A DNA stretch of 64,000 nucleotides from Dehalococcoidia bacterium (GTDB lineage: Bacteria; Chloroflexota; Dehalococcoidia; Lucifugimonadales; UBA3495). A program made the position numbers and the translations under genes. Each line of letters begins with the position of its first letter. Position 1 is the stretch's first letter. This document shows, one piece after another, positions 43,583 to 53,312 of this stretch. Below the pieces are notes generated by a model. The model was not told the DNA's origin. It searched no databases and saw only the letters and a list, made by a program, of their open reading frames with translations. The stretch lies in assembly GCA_965203435.1 (NCBI GenBank), contig CBDBCU010000003.1, forward strand, positions 74,918-138,917. The letters run 5' to 3'.

Positions 43583-46432
43583 TCAGGCGTCGGCCCTTTT
43601 CACTACCCGGGCCGGCAGGATGTCCAAGCCCGGGGTTTTGGACATGGGGTCGGGTTCGGCAGAGTTCTGCAAATCCACGGCCAACTGGCCGAACAGGATG
43701 GTGGCGGCCACGGAGCCGGCGGGCAGGGCGGCGTTCAGCCGGGCTTGGCCGGCCAGGCGGCCGCGGGGGGTCTGCACTTCCACCGGATCCCCATCAGCTA
43801 TAGCCCAAGCGGCGGCGTCCGCCGGATTCAGTTCCACCCATTCCTCCCGGACAATGCGGTTGCTGCCGCCGGGGCCGTCGGCAAGCACTTGGGTATCCCG
43901 ATCCCGTTGCAGCAGAACCCGGCCCGGCAGGAAACGGGCCGGGTAGCCCTCAACCGGCGTTTCCGGCGCGGCGCGGAATTGGGGAATTATGAAATCGGCT
44001 TTGCCGCCGGGAAAACCATCCCGGTACAGAACCGCCGTGCCGGCTCCGGAGGCGGCGGGCAAAGGCCATTGGAGGCCGCGCTGTTCCGGGCTCAGATAGA
44101 GCATTTGGGTGGGCTGGGGACTTTCCAAGCCGCTGCGGAAAGTCAAGGTCGTTGCCGCTGCCAGCCGTTCATAGGAAAGGCCGGCGTAGTGGGGAACGAC
44201 CTGGGCGATTTCGTCCATAACCGCTGCGGCGTCCGGGTAGTCAAAGCCGGCCGCGCCCAGCCGCTGGGCCAGTTGGCCCAAGAGCCACAATTCCGACCGG
44301 GCTTGCGGGCCGGCGGCCGGCGGCGGGAGAGCCGGCCGGAGGCGCTGAATCCGCCGCTCCAGGTTGGTATAGACGCCGTCCTTTTCGGCAAAGGAAACCC
44401 GCGGCAAAACCACATCGGCAAGTTGCGCCGGGCGGCTGAGAAAGGTATCCATTGCCACCAGAAAGTCCAGGTTTTGCAGGGCGGAAAGGGCGTCCCCCAA
44501 GCGGCCGTTGACCAAGTTATAGCTGTCGCCAATCAGCAGCATAGCCTTGAGGTCGCCGCGGTGGGCGGCCGCAATCATATCCCGCAGTCCCAAGCCCGGA
44601 TAAGTTGGCAAGGCGCAACCCCAGCGCTGTTCCAATTCTTGCCGTACTTGACGGCGGCTGCGGCCGGAGCCGAGGCCGGGCAGGCGTTGCGGCGCGCAGC
44701 CCACATCCCACGCGCCCTGTTCATTAGCCCCCTGCCGCAGGGGGTAGATGCCGCCGCCGGGACGACCCAAATTGCCGGTCAGCAGGGCCAGGTTGACCAG
44801 GGCATTGTCGCAATCCCGCTGCAATTCCGGGATTATGTTGTCCAGGGAATAGCAGAGGGCGGCGTTGGCGGCTTGGCCGTAAAGCCGGGCGGCCCGGGCC
44901 ATTTCCGAGGGGTCAACGCCAGTAGCGGCGGCGATTTCCTCCGGATCAAGGTTGTTCAGGTAATAGTAGAGGGTGGCCGGATCCTCGCAGTAATCCTCGA
45001 CCCACTTTTTGCTGACCAGATCCTGGGTCAGCAGTTCCCGCAGCAGGCCGCCCAGCAGCAGCAGCTCGCTGCCGGGAATCGGCCGCAGCCAGCAGTGGGC
45101 GTAGCGGGTCAATTCCACTTCCCGGGGGTCGATGACGACCAGCGACGCGCCGGCTTTCACCGCCCGCTTGAGGGGGACGCCGGCCACATTGTTATCCTCG
45201 GTCAAGTTACTGTTAAAGACCAGGATAGCGGCGGCCTGTTCCAGCTGCCAGATGGGATTAGTGGCCGCGCCGTAGCCCAGGGCCTGCTCCAGGCCGGCGC
45301 CCAATTCCGGCTGCAAGTTGGAAGTCAAGTCCACATTGTTGGACTGCATGGACACCCGGGCAAACTTCTGGGCCAGGTACAGATCCTCCGTAGTGCCGTT
45401 GGGGGCGGCCAGCAGGCCAAAGGCCGCGCCGCGATATTCGGGCAGCCTTTGGGCAATATAGTCCAGGGCCTCGTCCCAAGAGGCGGGGGTCAGTTGCCCA
45501 TCCCGGCGGATTAGGGGCTGGGTCAGGCGGTCGGGGCGGTTGATGAACTCCAAGCCGAACTTGCCCTTGAAACACGCCTGCCCCCGATTAGCCGGGGAAT
45601 TGTATTCCGGGGTCACCCGAATCAGCTGCCCGTTTCCGTTCAGTTCCAGATTAAGCTGGCAGCCCACCGGGCAGTGGGGGCAAAGCGTCCGTTCCACCCG
45701 CCGGGCCTTTTCCCACTTGTGTTCCCGTTCCACCAGGGCGCCGACCGGACAAACATCAATGCAGGCCCCACAGAACTCGCAGCCGGATTCCAGCAGGGAG
45801 GAGCCAAAGGAAGTGCCGACCAAGGCTTTGCCCGACCGCTCGGTGAAACAGATGGCGTCATCCCCGCGAATTTCCTCGCAGGCCCGGACGCAGCGGCCGC
45901 AGGTGATGCACAGGTTATAATCCCGGTCGTAAAAGGGATCGGCTACTTCCAGGGGAATCTGCTTGTATTTGTAGTTCAGCGGCGATTCCAGTTCCATGCC
46001 CAGGTAGCGGACGGTGTCCTTGAACTCGCAGCGTTCATTTTTGGGGCAGGTAACGCAGCGGTCGTTGACCGACACATGACGCAGGCAAATGTCGGTGGGG
46101 CCGCAGATGTCGACCCGGTGGCAGGTCAGGCAGCCGTTGGGATGTTCGGCAATAAGCATCTGCATTACCGAGCGGCGCAGTTCGTTCACATCCCGGGATT
46201 CGCTGCGGATCCGCATCCCCTCTTGCACCGGCAGGGTGCAGGCGGCGGGATAGCCGCGGCCGCCCTCGACGGCCACGACGCACATTCGGCAGGCGGCATA
46301 GGGTTTCATCCCCGGATGATAGCAGAGATAGGGCATATAGATGCCGGCGTCAATGGCCGCTTCCAGAACCATTTTCCCCGGTTGGGTGGCTACTTCCACG
46401 CCGTCAATGGCGATGGTGATTTGGTCGGCCAT
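43583..46432 (-). CDS. FdhA/NuoG-family iron-sulfur molybdopterin-oxidoreductase-like subunit that lacks the Cys/Sec-His metal-ligand dyad
   Basis: N-terminal 2Fe-2S (CRMC), His-ligated and two ferredoxin-type 4Fe-4S motifs (CITCGRCVRAC, CEFCGACIDVCP), and CPHCPVGC at the start of the MopB domain. A C-terminal molybdopterin-binding-barrel-like region is present. The site after NNVD reads LTSNLQP. Confidence 0.75.
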   Translation of the reverse strand: MADQITIAIDGVEVATQPGKMVLEAAIDAGIYMPYLCYHPGMKPYAACRMCVVAVEGGRGYPAACTLPVQEGMRIRSESRDVNELRRSVMQMLIAEHPNGCLTCHRVDICGPTDICLRHVSVNDRCVTCPKNERCEFKDTVRYLGMELESPLNYKYKQIPLEVADPFYDRDYNLCITCGRCVRACEEIRGDDAICFTERSGKALVGTSFGSSLLESGCEFCGACIDVCPVGALVEREHKWEKARRVERTLCPHCPVGCQLNLELNGNGQLIRVTPEYNSPANRGQACFKGKFGLEFINRPDRLTQPLIRRDGQLTPASWDEALDYIAQRLPEYRGAAFGLLAAPNGTTEDLYLAQKFARVSMQSNNVDLTSNLQPELGAGLEQALGYGAATNPIWQLEQAAAILVFNSNLTEDNNVAGVPLKRAVKAGASLVVIDPREVELTRYAHCWLRPIPGSELLLLGGLLRELLTQDLVSKKWVEDYCEDPATLYYYLNNLDPEEIAAATGVDPSEMARAARLYGQAANAALCYSLDNIIPELQRDCDNALVNLALLTGNLGRPGGGIYPLRQGANEQGAWDVGCAPQRLPGLGSGRSRRQVRQELEQRWGCALPTYPGLGLRDMIAAAHRGDLKAMLLIGDSYNLVNGRLGDALSALQNLDFLVAMDTFLSRPAQLADVVLPRVSFAEKDGVYTNLERRIQRLRPALPPPAAGPQARSELWLLGQLAQRLGAAGFDYPDAAAVMDEIAQVVPHYAGLSYERLAAATTLTFRSGLESPQPTQMLYLSPEQRGLQWPLPAASGAGTAVLYRDGFPGGKADFIIPQFRAAPETPVEGYPARFLPGRVLLQRDRDTQVLADGPGGSNRIVREEWVELNPADAAAWAIADGDPVEVQTPRGRLAGQARLNAALPAGSVAATILFGQLAVDLQNSAEPDPMSKTPGLDILPARVVKRADA

Positions 46433-46491
46433 TCGTTCCTCGCTGCGCTAGGGAAACTGCGTTGGTAGAAATAAAGGGTACGCCGGCCGGC

Positions 46492-48249
46492 CTAGCGGCG
46501 GCTGAGCCGGGGGGAGTAGTAAGGTTCCCGGCAACGGCCGACGGGACAGCGCTTTTCGTTGATATGCGCCGCAAACTCCTCGGGAAAGTAGCGCAAAGCC
46601 GAGGACACCGGGTTAAAGCCCAACTGCCCATGACCGCACAGGGAACCGGCCTGCATATTTTCCCCCACGGAGCGCATCAGATCCAAATCCTCCGGCCCGC
46701 CCTCCAGCCGGCAAATCCGTTCCAGGGTTTCCAGCAGGTGGCTCATGCCCATTCTACAGGGAAAGCATTTGCCGCAGGATTCGTACTGGCAAAAGGCAAT
46801 CAAAACCCGGGTCAAATCCACCACGCAGGCATCATCGGCGGCGGCGATAATGCCGCCGGAACCCAGGATAGCCCCGGCGTCGCGGAACACCTCAAAATCC
46901 AGGGCCAGGTCGGCCGCCGCCATTCCCAGCACGCCGCCCAGCGGCCCGCCGGTTTGGATGAACTTCAGTTCCCGGCCGCCGGGGGCGCCGCCGGCCATTT
47001 CATACAGGGCTTCGCGCAGGTTGAGGCCCATGGGAACTTCCACCATTCCGGTGTAGTTCAGGGCGCCGCTGAGACAGAGAATCGCCGTGCCGGTACTGCG
47101 CTCGTGGCCGATGCCGGCAAACCATTCGCCGCCTTTGGCGATAATTTCCGGCACATAGGCCAGGGTTTTGACATTGTTGATATTGGTGGGTTTGCCGAAA
47201 ACGCCCACTTGGGCGGGAAAGGGCGGCCGGTAGCGGGGCATCGCCCGGCTGCCCTCGATGGCTTCCATCAAAGCCGTTTCCTCGCCGGAAACATAGGAAT
47301 CTCCGGTCAAAGCCACTTCCAGGTCAAAGCTGAAATTGGAGCCGAAAATGTTGGCCCCCAGCAGGCCCAATTCGTAGGCTTGGGCTACGGCGGCGCGGGC
47401 GCGCTCAATCGGCCCGTCGTGGCCGTGACGGATAAAGATGTAGCCGTAGTTGGCTCCGGTAGCGTAGCCGGCCAGCAGGATGCCCTCTACTACCGTATGG
47501 GGGTCGCTTTCCAGGATGCCCTTGTCGTTGAAAGCCCCCGGATCGCCCTCCTCGCAGTTGCAGAGGATATATTTGTCCGGGGCGTTGGAACCGGCCAGAA
47601 AGCGCCATTTGGTGGCGGCGGGAAAGGCGGCCCCGCCGCGGCCGCGCAGGCCGGAAACATTGACCTGTTCCAGAACTTCGGGCGGCTCCATGGCGGTAAC
47701 GGCCTGATGCAAAGCGCGGTAGCCGCCGTTGGCAATATACTGGTAAATATCCAGGGGGTCGATATGGCCGGCATTCCGCAGGGCAATGCGCTGTTCCCGG
47801 GCGCGCATGGGATGGCGGTTCAAGTCGGGCAAGCTGCCGTTGCCGCCGTCCGCCGCAACAGTATCAGCATCAGCGCCGGCGGCGGCGGTTTCGGGATAAA
47901 GGCAGCCCAATACCCGGTCGGCCAAGGGGCGGCCCTGGACAATATGGGCCTCAACGATTTCCGCCGCCAATTCCGGCGTAACCCGGTCATAAAAAATCCG
48001 AGGCTGGCCGGGCAGCAATACATCGACCAGCGGCTCGGCAAAGCAGAGGCCCAAGCAACCCACCCGGCTGACCGGGGCGGCGATGCCGCGCTGTCGCAAG
48101 GCGGATTCCAGGGCCGCGGCCGTTTCCTCCGCCCCGGCCGCTTGGCCGCACAAGGCGGTACCCACCCGCAGCCAGGGGCGGTCGGCGGCGGTCAAGGATT
48201 GCCAACGCCGGGCGGCTTCGGCCTGAATTTCCGCAAAATCGGAGGGCAT
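46492..48249 (-). CDS. NuoF-family NAD(H)-binding FMN/4Fe-4S flavoprotein with N-terminal thioredoxin-like domain
   Basis: GLRGRGGAAFP, CNCEEGDPGAF, ESCGKCFPCR and the SLCGHGQ motifs. Length is 585 aa. Confidence 0.88.
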   Translation of the reverse strand: MPSDFAEIQAEAARRWQSLTAADRPWLRVGTALCGQAAGAEETAAALESALRQRGIAAPVSRVGCLGLCFAEPLVDVLLPGQPRIFYDRVTPELAAEIVEAHIVQGRPLADRVLGCLYPETAAAGADADTVAADGGNGSLPDLNRHPMRAREQRIALRNAGHIDPLDIYQYIANGGYRALHQAVTAMEPPEVLEQVNVSGLRGRGGAAFPAATKWRFLAGSNAPDKYILCNCEEGDPGAFNDKGILESDPHTVVEGILLAGYATGANYGYIFIRHGHDGPIERARAAVAQAYELGLLGANIFGSNFSFDLEVALTGDSYVSGEETALMEAIEGSRAMPRYRPPFPAQVGVFGKPTNINNVKTLAYVPEIIAKGGEWFAGIGHERSTGTAILCLSGALNYTGMVEVPMGLNLREALYEMAGGAPGGRELKFIQTGGPLGGVLGMAAADLALDFEVFRDAGAILGSGGIIAAADDACVVDLTRVLIAFCQYESCGKCFPCRMGMSHLLETLERICRLEGGPEDLDLMRSVGENMQAGSLCGHGQLGFNPVSSALRYFPEEFAAHINEKRCPVGRCREPYYSPRLSRR

Positions 48250-48258
48250 ATCGGGCGG

Positions 48259-48732
48259 CTACTCCGGGGAATGGCCCAGGGAAAGGGCCACGCGGCCGGC
48301 GGCCTGTTCCGGGGAAAGGCGGCCGACCAGATGATGGTCAATGGACATTACCGGGGCTTGGGCGCAGGCCCCCAGGCAGGTATTGTAGCGCACCGACAGG
48401 CGGCCGTCCGGGGTGTCGCCCTCGTCCTCCAGGCCGGCGGCGGCCAATACGGCTTGGATGACCGGCATAGCCCCGACCAGATGGCAGGACGGCCCCCAGC
48501 AGACTTCGATGCGGCGGGCGCAGGGGGGAATGGTGCGGAAATTGGGATAGAAGGACACCACCGCCCAGACATCGTTGATGGTAGCCCGGTTGAAATCGGC
48601 CACCGCCGCTACCGCTTCCTTGGGGATATAGCCCAGTTCATCCTCCACCGCCAGCAGGGAGGACAGGATGGTAACGGTCGGTTGGGGCTGATGCTGCACG
48701 GCCCGGGCAATTCGCTCTTTCAGCCCATCCAT
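48259..48732 (-). CDS. NuoE-family thioredoxin-like [2Fe-2S] ferredoxin subunit
   Basis: 157 aa with the four-Cys pattern CWGPSCH ... CLGACAQAP. Confidence 0.85.
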   Translation of the reverse strand: MDGLKERIARAVQHQPQPTVTILSSLLAVEDELGYIPKEAVAAVADFNRATINDVWAVVSFYPNFRTIPPCARRIEVCWGPSCHLVGAMPVIQAVLAAAGLEDEGDTPDGRLSVRYNTCLGACAQAPVMSIDHHLVGRLSPEQAAGRVALSLGHSPE

Positions 48733-48899
48733 TTACCGGGGCTCCTTTAGTCTCTGGAAAAGGTTACTGGGAAACCGGCGGCGTTTGGGAAAAGCCGCTA
48801 GCGGCCAATCATCCACCGGTTAAATGTTACCACAGGGGGCGGGAGGGTTTCAACCGGGAATCTCTGCGCGGCCGCCGGGTTTTTCCCTTTCCGGGCCGC

Positions 48900-49538
48900 C
48901 TACTCCCCTTTCAGGTACTGGTTTATTGCCGACTGGAAAATGGGGTAGGGGTGGGCGCCGGTGAACAGCAGATTGCCCACGACAAAGGTGGGAATGCCCC
49001 GGATGCCGTACTGCAAGGCTTCCTGATACTGCTGCATCACCGCGGCCGAATAGGTATGATTTTCCAGGTGTTCCAGCATTTCGGCGGCGTTCAGGGATAC
49101 CGAGCGGGCTACTTCGGCCAGCACCGCCAGCTGCCCCAAGTCCTGCCCGTCCTGCCAATAGGCTTTATAGGCGGCGTGGTGAAACTCCATAAACTTGCCC
49201 TGCCGCTGGGCGTACTCGGTGGCTTCCAGGGCGTAGCGGGTGTTGGGGGTAACGGAGGGCGGCCGCATAATCAAGTTGGCTTCCCGCACGTGAGAGCGGA
49301 TAGGTTCGCTCAGCTCGTCGGCGGTTTCTCCGGCCCGGGGCTGGCGCTGCAAACCCTCCGGGGGCGCATCCGGCCGCAGCAGATAGGCCCGGCCCTCGAC
49401 GGCAATGTTATAGTTCTGACCCAGCTGGTCGACCCGCTCCAGGCCGACATAGCACCAGGGTCAAATGTAATCGTACCAGACGATAACCCGCACCGGGTCA
49501 ACGCCGTTGGCCGCCGAATGCTGCGCCGCTTGGGTCAT
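48900..49538 (-). CDS. DsbA/FrnE-family thiol oxidoreductase with in-frame TGA at the first redox Cys: candidate selenoprotein (U-P-W-C)
   Basis: ATG at 49538, with GGAGGG 8 nt upstream. Translation is MTQAAQHSAANGVDPVRVIVWYDYI-[TGA 49461-49463]-PWCYVGLERVDQLG..., continuing in frame into the ORF-track ORF 48900-49352. That ORF contains the cis-Pro region GIRGIPTFVV. Family consensus at this site is SD..CPWCY.G. Total length is 212 codons. Confidence 0.72.
49425..49458 (-). promoter_or_regulatory. Candidate bacterial SECIS hairpin downstream of the TGA at 49461-49463
   Basis: In the RNA, GUCGGCC-[UGGAGCG]-GGUCGAC forms a 7-bp upper stem (one G-U pair), with a lower CUG/CAG stem. The apical loop lies about +20 to +26 after the UGA. 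Confidence 0.5.
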
Positions 49539-49611
49539 AATTGGATCCCTCCTGCCGCAATAGGGTAATGTTGACATCCAGGAATTGCCGCTGTTTGGCC
49601 GGTTCAGTCAA

Positions 49612-49792
49612 GCCCTATCATTCCGCTCACCCTGAACTTGTTGCAGTCCGCTCATCCTGAACTTGTTGAAGGATGCCTGCCGCAACCGGCCCTATCATTC
49701 CGCTCATCCTGAACTTGTTGAAGGATACCAGCCGCAACAGGCCCTATCATTCCGCTCATCCTGAACTTGTTGAAGGATGGCGGCCGCAACCG
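49612..49792. repeat. Family A repeat cluster: three units of ~52 nt, the first with an extra half copy
   Basis: The unit is gccctatcattccgctcatcctgaacttgttgaaggat...gccgcaac.g, starting at 49612, 49689 and 49741. Confidence 0.9.
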
Positions 49793-49808
49793 CAGGAAAT
49801 TGCTTGGC

Positions 49809-50570
49809 CTATTCCGCCGCCTGCTCGGCCCAATGGCCGGCTTCCGTTGCCGGTTGCAGGGCGGCCGGGGCCGCCGCCAGGAGCGGCTCCAGTTCGGCCA
49901 GGCCGGAGATGCGGACGCAGTCGGTTACTCCGGTCTGCCAGCCGCCCCGATCCAGCAGGATGGGATAGATGCCGGCGGCCCGGGCCCCCAGGACATCGGA
50001 ACGGGGTTGGTCGCCCACATGAACCGCTTCGCCGGGCCGGGCGGTGGCCCGCTGCAAGGCGGCGGCGAACATTTCCGGAGCCGGCTTTTCCGCCCCCACT
50101 TCGGCGGCGGTCAAGGTAAAATCCAAATAGGGCGTCAAGCCCAAGGCGCCGCAAAGCTGGTCAATATCCCGCCGCAGGTTGGTGATGACCCCCAAGCGGT
50201 AGCCTTGCGCCCGCAGCTGGGCCAGGGCCGGGCGGGTATCGGCAAAGGGGATGAAATCCTTGGGGACGCTGATGGCGATTTGCCAGATTTGCCGGGCCAG
50301 GTCCAGGGATACCGACAGCCCCGCCTTTTCCAGCAGGAGCTGCTCGTAGCGGGCAAAGAAAGCCAGCCGCTCCGCCGCGCTGCGCTGGGCCAGGGGCCGG
50401 ATTTCGTTTTCCCGGTTGAAATAGATGTCGGCGACCGAATAGCCGTAGTTAAGGGCTTCGGCGTCCACGTGCAGGCCCAGCTCCCGGCAGGCGGCCTGCT
50501 GGATCTGATCCAGCGGCGGCCAGAACCGCACCAGGGTATTGTAGAAGTCAAAAAGTACGGCTTTAATCAT
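49809..50570 (-). CDS. HAD-superfamily hydrolase (haloacid dehalogenase-like, DxYxT motif I)
   Basis: MIKAVLFDFYNTLV carries motif I with Tyr at the second acidic position, as in type II haloacid dehalogenases. GVITN and HVGDQPRSDVLGA follow downstream. The start is taken at ATG 50570. Confidence 0.7.
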   Translation of the reverse strand: MIKAVLFDFYNTLVRFWPPLDQIQQAACRELGLHVDAEALNYGYSVADIYFNRENEIRPLAQRSAAERLAFFARYEQLLLEKAGLSVSLDLARQIWQIAISVPKDFIPFADTRPALAQLRAQGYRLGVITNLRRDIDQLCGALGLTPYLDFTLTAAEVGAEKPAPEMFAAALQRATARPGEAVHVGDQPRSDVLGARAAGIYPILLDRGGWQTGVTDCVRISGLAELEPLLAAAPAALQPATEAGHWAEQAAE

Positions 50571-50751
50571 CTGCCCTGCCCAGGCCGCCGGGATGGGGAT
50601 AGGCTTGCGCCGGAAATCCGCCGCCAAGCCGTTAGGCCAAGGCATTGTAGCATATTTGGCGGTTAGGGGCAAAGGGCGGCGGCGGGCGGTTTTGCGGCCG
50701 GAGCGCTATACTAGGGGTCAACGGATTAAAGGGATACCCAAGGGGAAGGCG

Positions 50752-51441
50752 ATGAAACCGGTATTTATTCACGGGGCCGGCAGTTCCGGCTTGGCTTTTC
50801 ATTATCAGTTGCAGCATTTCCCTGAGGCCACGGCCTTGGACTTGCCGGGGCATACCGAGGGTGCGCCCTGCGTCAGCATTGAGGGGTACCTGGAATGGGC
50901 GCGGGGTTTTATCGCCGCCCGCAATTACCGGGACATCGTTTTGGGCGGCCACTCCATGGGCGGAGCCATCGCTATGCTTTATGCCTGGCGCTACCCGGAG
51001 GAACTGCGCGGCATCATCCTGATGGGCACCGGGGCGCGGCTGCGGGTGCATCCCGATTATCTGCAACTGTGCCGGGAACCCGGCGCTGACAACGCCAAAT
51101 GGTTGGAAACCCGTTCTGCCCAATACTATGCCGGAGTGGAGCCGGCTTTGCGCCGGGCTATGGAACAGCGGTCGGCGGCGATTGGCCCGGCGGTGGAATT
51201 GAACGACCTGCTAGCCTGCGACCGGTTCGATCTGATGGCGGAAGTGGCGAACATCCGCGTCCCGACCCTGGCGCTTTGCGGGGCCGAGGATGAAATGACG
51301 CCGGTTAAGTACGCCGACTATCTGGCCGACCGCATCCCGGGGGCGCAGAAAGTCATTATTTCCGGCGCAACCCACTTCGTCCAATTGCAGCAACCGCAGG
51401 CGGTCAACGCCGCCATTGCCGATTTTCTGAAATCCCTGTAA
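50752..51441 (+). CDS. Alpha/beta-fold hydrolase
   Basis: Nucleophile elbow GHSMGG and a C-terminal H in GATHFVQLQ. The ATG at 50752 has AGGGGAAGG upstream. Confidence 0.75.
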   Translation: MKPVFIHGAGSSGLAFHYQLQHFPEATALDLPGHTEGAPCVSIEGYLEWARGFIAARNYRDIVLGGHSMGGAIAMLYAWRYPEELRGIILMGTGARLRVHPDYLQLCREPGADNAKWLETRSAQYYAGVEPALRRAMEQRSAAIGPAVELNDLLACDRFDLMAEVANIRVPTLALCGAEDEMTPVKYADYLADRIPGAQKVIISGATHFVQLQQPQAVNAAIADFLKSL

Positions 51442-51498
51442 AGCGGATTTGCCCCCCTTGCGCCTGGCAAATGGCTACGGCCTACGGCCGGTCAACCC

Positions 51499-52002
51499 CT
51501 AATCCCGGAGGCCGGCGGTAGGGTGATACCAGCGGCTTTGGTAGAACATCAGGGGAGTGTCGGCGGCGTTGCGGCGCACTTCCTTGACCTCGCCCAGATA
51601 GACGGTGTGGTCGCCATAGATATGGGCGCCCACCACCGCGCAGCCAAAGAACACCATCGAGCCCTCCAGCACCGGAATGTTGTCGGCGGAAAGGTCGTAG
51701 CGGTATTCCGTCCCCTCCTGGCGATCCTCCGGGCGTTTGGCGAAATAGACGCCCAGCTCCTCCTGATCCTCGACCAGGATGTTGATGCCGAACTGGCCGC
51801 GGCGCTGCACATAGCCGTGGGTGTGGGTGCCGTGGGCGACGCAAATCAGCACCGTCGGCGGCTCCAAGCAGACCGAGGTAAAGGAGTTGGCGGTCATCGC
51901 GTGGGGATTGCCGTCATCGTCCAGCGAAGTTACCACGGTAACCCCGGTGGCGAACAGGGACATAGCCGACCGAAATTCATCTCTGCTAGTCAAAGCGCCC
52001 AT
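51499..52002 (-). CDS. Flavin reductase-like (FMN-binding split-barrel) protein
   Basis: EFRSAMSLFATGVTVVTS ... MTANSFTSVCLEPP is typical of the flavin reductase domain. Length is 167 aa. Confidence 0.8.
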   Translation of the reverse strand: MGALTSRDEFRSAMSLFATGVTVVTSLDDDGNPHAMTANSFTSVCLEPPTVLICVAHGTHTHGYVQRRGQFGINILVEDQEELGVYFAKRPEDRQEGTEYRYDLSADNIPVLEGSMVFFGCAVVGAHIYGDHTVYLGEVKEVRRNAADTPLMFYQSRWYHPTAGLRD

Positions 52003-52087
52003 CCTTCCCGCAAAGTTTGCACCATTATAACCCTTTGCCGGGCAATAGGCTACTACGCCGCCGGGCCAAGGCCGGAATCCCGGGGGA

Positions 52088-53065
52088 TTAGCCGGGCGGC
52101 CAGGGGACGAAATGGCGGCCCACTTCCTCCGGGCTAGCGGCGACGGCTTTTTCCTCGTCCAGTTTCAGGGCCGTGCCCGGGGGAATCCGGCCGCGGAAGC
52201 GCTGGGGATGGGTCAGCTGGGCCAGGATTTCCAGGCCGGTTACAATCCGGGGGCCGGGAATGCTGAAATAGGCGTGGTCAATCAGATAGACTTCCCCGGC
52301 GGCTACCGCCGGCAAGTCGTGCCAACCGGGTTGCGCCGCCAGCCAGGATACTTCCCGCCGCTGCCGCGCCAAGTCTGAGGAACAGAGGTCGATAAAAAGT
52401 TTCTCCGGGGCATAGGCGGTTACATCCCGCCAATCGATGCGGGCGGCCGGGCAACCGGGGCGAAAGGGACCGGCCGCGCCGCCGGCCCGTTCCAGCAAAT
52501 CGGGGATCCAATGGCCGCCCACGACCAGGGGATTGACGCCCTCCAGGGAAAAAGTCTGGGGGCGGCGGACGGATGGCGGCAGAGCATCCGCCACTGCATC
52601 GACCCGTTTTTGCAGGGCGGCGACCAGGGCGTTGGCCTTAGCCCCAGCCCCGGCGGCCGACCCTATCCGGTAGATAGTGTCAAAAATATCGGGCAAGGTG
52701 CGGGGGTTCAGGATCAGAATTTCCGGTTGCGCCGGCATGGCCGCCACGGCCCGGCCGACCGTGGGGGCGTCCACTTCGCAGAAGTAGCACAAATCCTGGG
52801 TCAAAACCAAATCCGGCGGATTAGCGGCCAGGAGTTCCGTATCCAGCACATAGGGGCTTTCCCCGGCGGCCAGGATGCGGCCCATCAAGGCGTCCACTTC
52901 CGCGCTGGACATTTCCGCCACTGCGATGCGGCTGCGGCAGACGATCGGCTTGTCCCGAACGGCCGGCGGGTAGTCGCACAAGTCGGTTACGCCGATCAGG
53001 GCCTCGTCCAAACCCAGGGCGTAGAGAATTTCGGTGCCGCTGGGCAGCAGGGAACAGATTTTCAT
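52088..53065 (-). CDS. BtuF/FepB-type (cluster A) binding-protein-fold protein without an obvious signal peptide; possible cobalamin-binding protein
   Basis: [33 protein letters not shown] matches the periplasmic-binding-protein type 2 N-terminus, but no hydrophobic leader precedes it. Confidence 0.6.
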   Translation of the reverse strand: MKICSLLPSGTEILYALGLDEALIGVTDLCDYPPAVRDKPIVCRSRIAVAEMSSAEVDALMGRILAAGESPYVLDTELLAANPPDLVLTQDLCYFCEVDAPTVGRAVAAMPAQPEILILNPRTLPDIFDTIYRIGSAAGAGAKANALVAALQKRVDAVADALPPSVRRPQTFSLEGVNPLVVGGHWIPDLLERAGGAAGPFRPGCPAARIDWRDVTAYAPEKLFIDLCSSDLARQRREVSWLAAQPGWHDLPAVAAGEVYLIDHAYFSIPGPRIVTGLEILAQLTHPQRFRGRIPPGTALKLDEEKAVAASPEEVGRHFVPWPPG

Positions 53066-53312
53066 TGCGACTGGCTCCGGGAGGGTTGCTTGGTTTTGCG
53101 GCCGGGTTATCCGGCAGCAAGTTCAGGGTGGGCGGATTCGACTACTTGGAACGGCAACAATATACCATACCGGTTGCGCCGCCGAGCGGTGACTTTGTTG
53201 AACGACCGGCTGCCGCCCAATGCCGGCTACACCGCTTGACAGACTGACCTTTATTAGTTGACAATGCTTTACACACTCGGCCTTGGACAATGGCTAGGAG
53301 GAGGACTGCGCG

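Noticed and set aside
43745-45514. 589-aa ORF antisense to the FdhA-like gene
   Set aside because: This is a shadow ORF. The opposite strand encodes a complete, motif-rich 949-aa protein.
43583-46432. Selenocysteine in the formate-dehydrogenase-like subunit
   Set aside because: The ORF is uninterrupted, and the position aligned with the Sec/Cys ligand is Gln (NNVD-LTSNL-Q-P). There is no UGA to recode.
46462-48750. 762-aa ORF on the plus strand, antisense to the NuoF/NuoE-like genes
   Set aside because: It is a shadow ORF opposite two genes with unambiguous Fe-S/FMN motifs. Its sequence is low-complexity and Gly/Ala/Gln-rich.
51447-51472. Hairpin ATTTGCC-N12-GGCAAAT between convergent genes, considered as a terminator
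   Set aside because: It has only a 7-bp stem, a large loop and no flanking T/A tracts. This is not enough to call a terminator.
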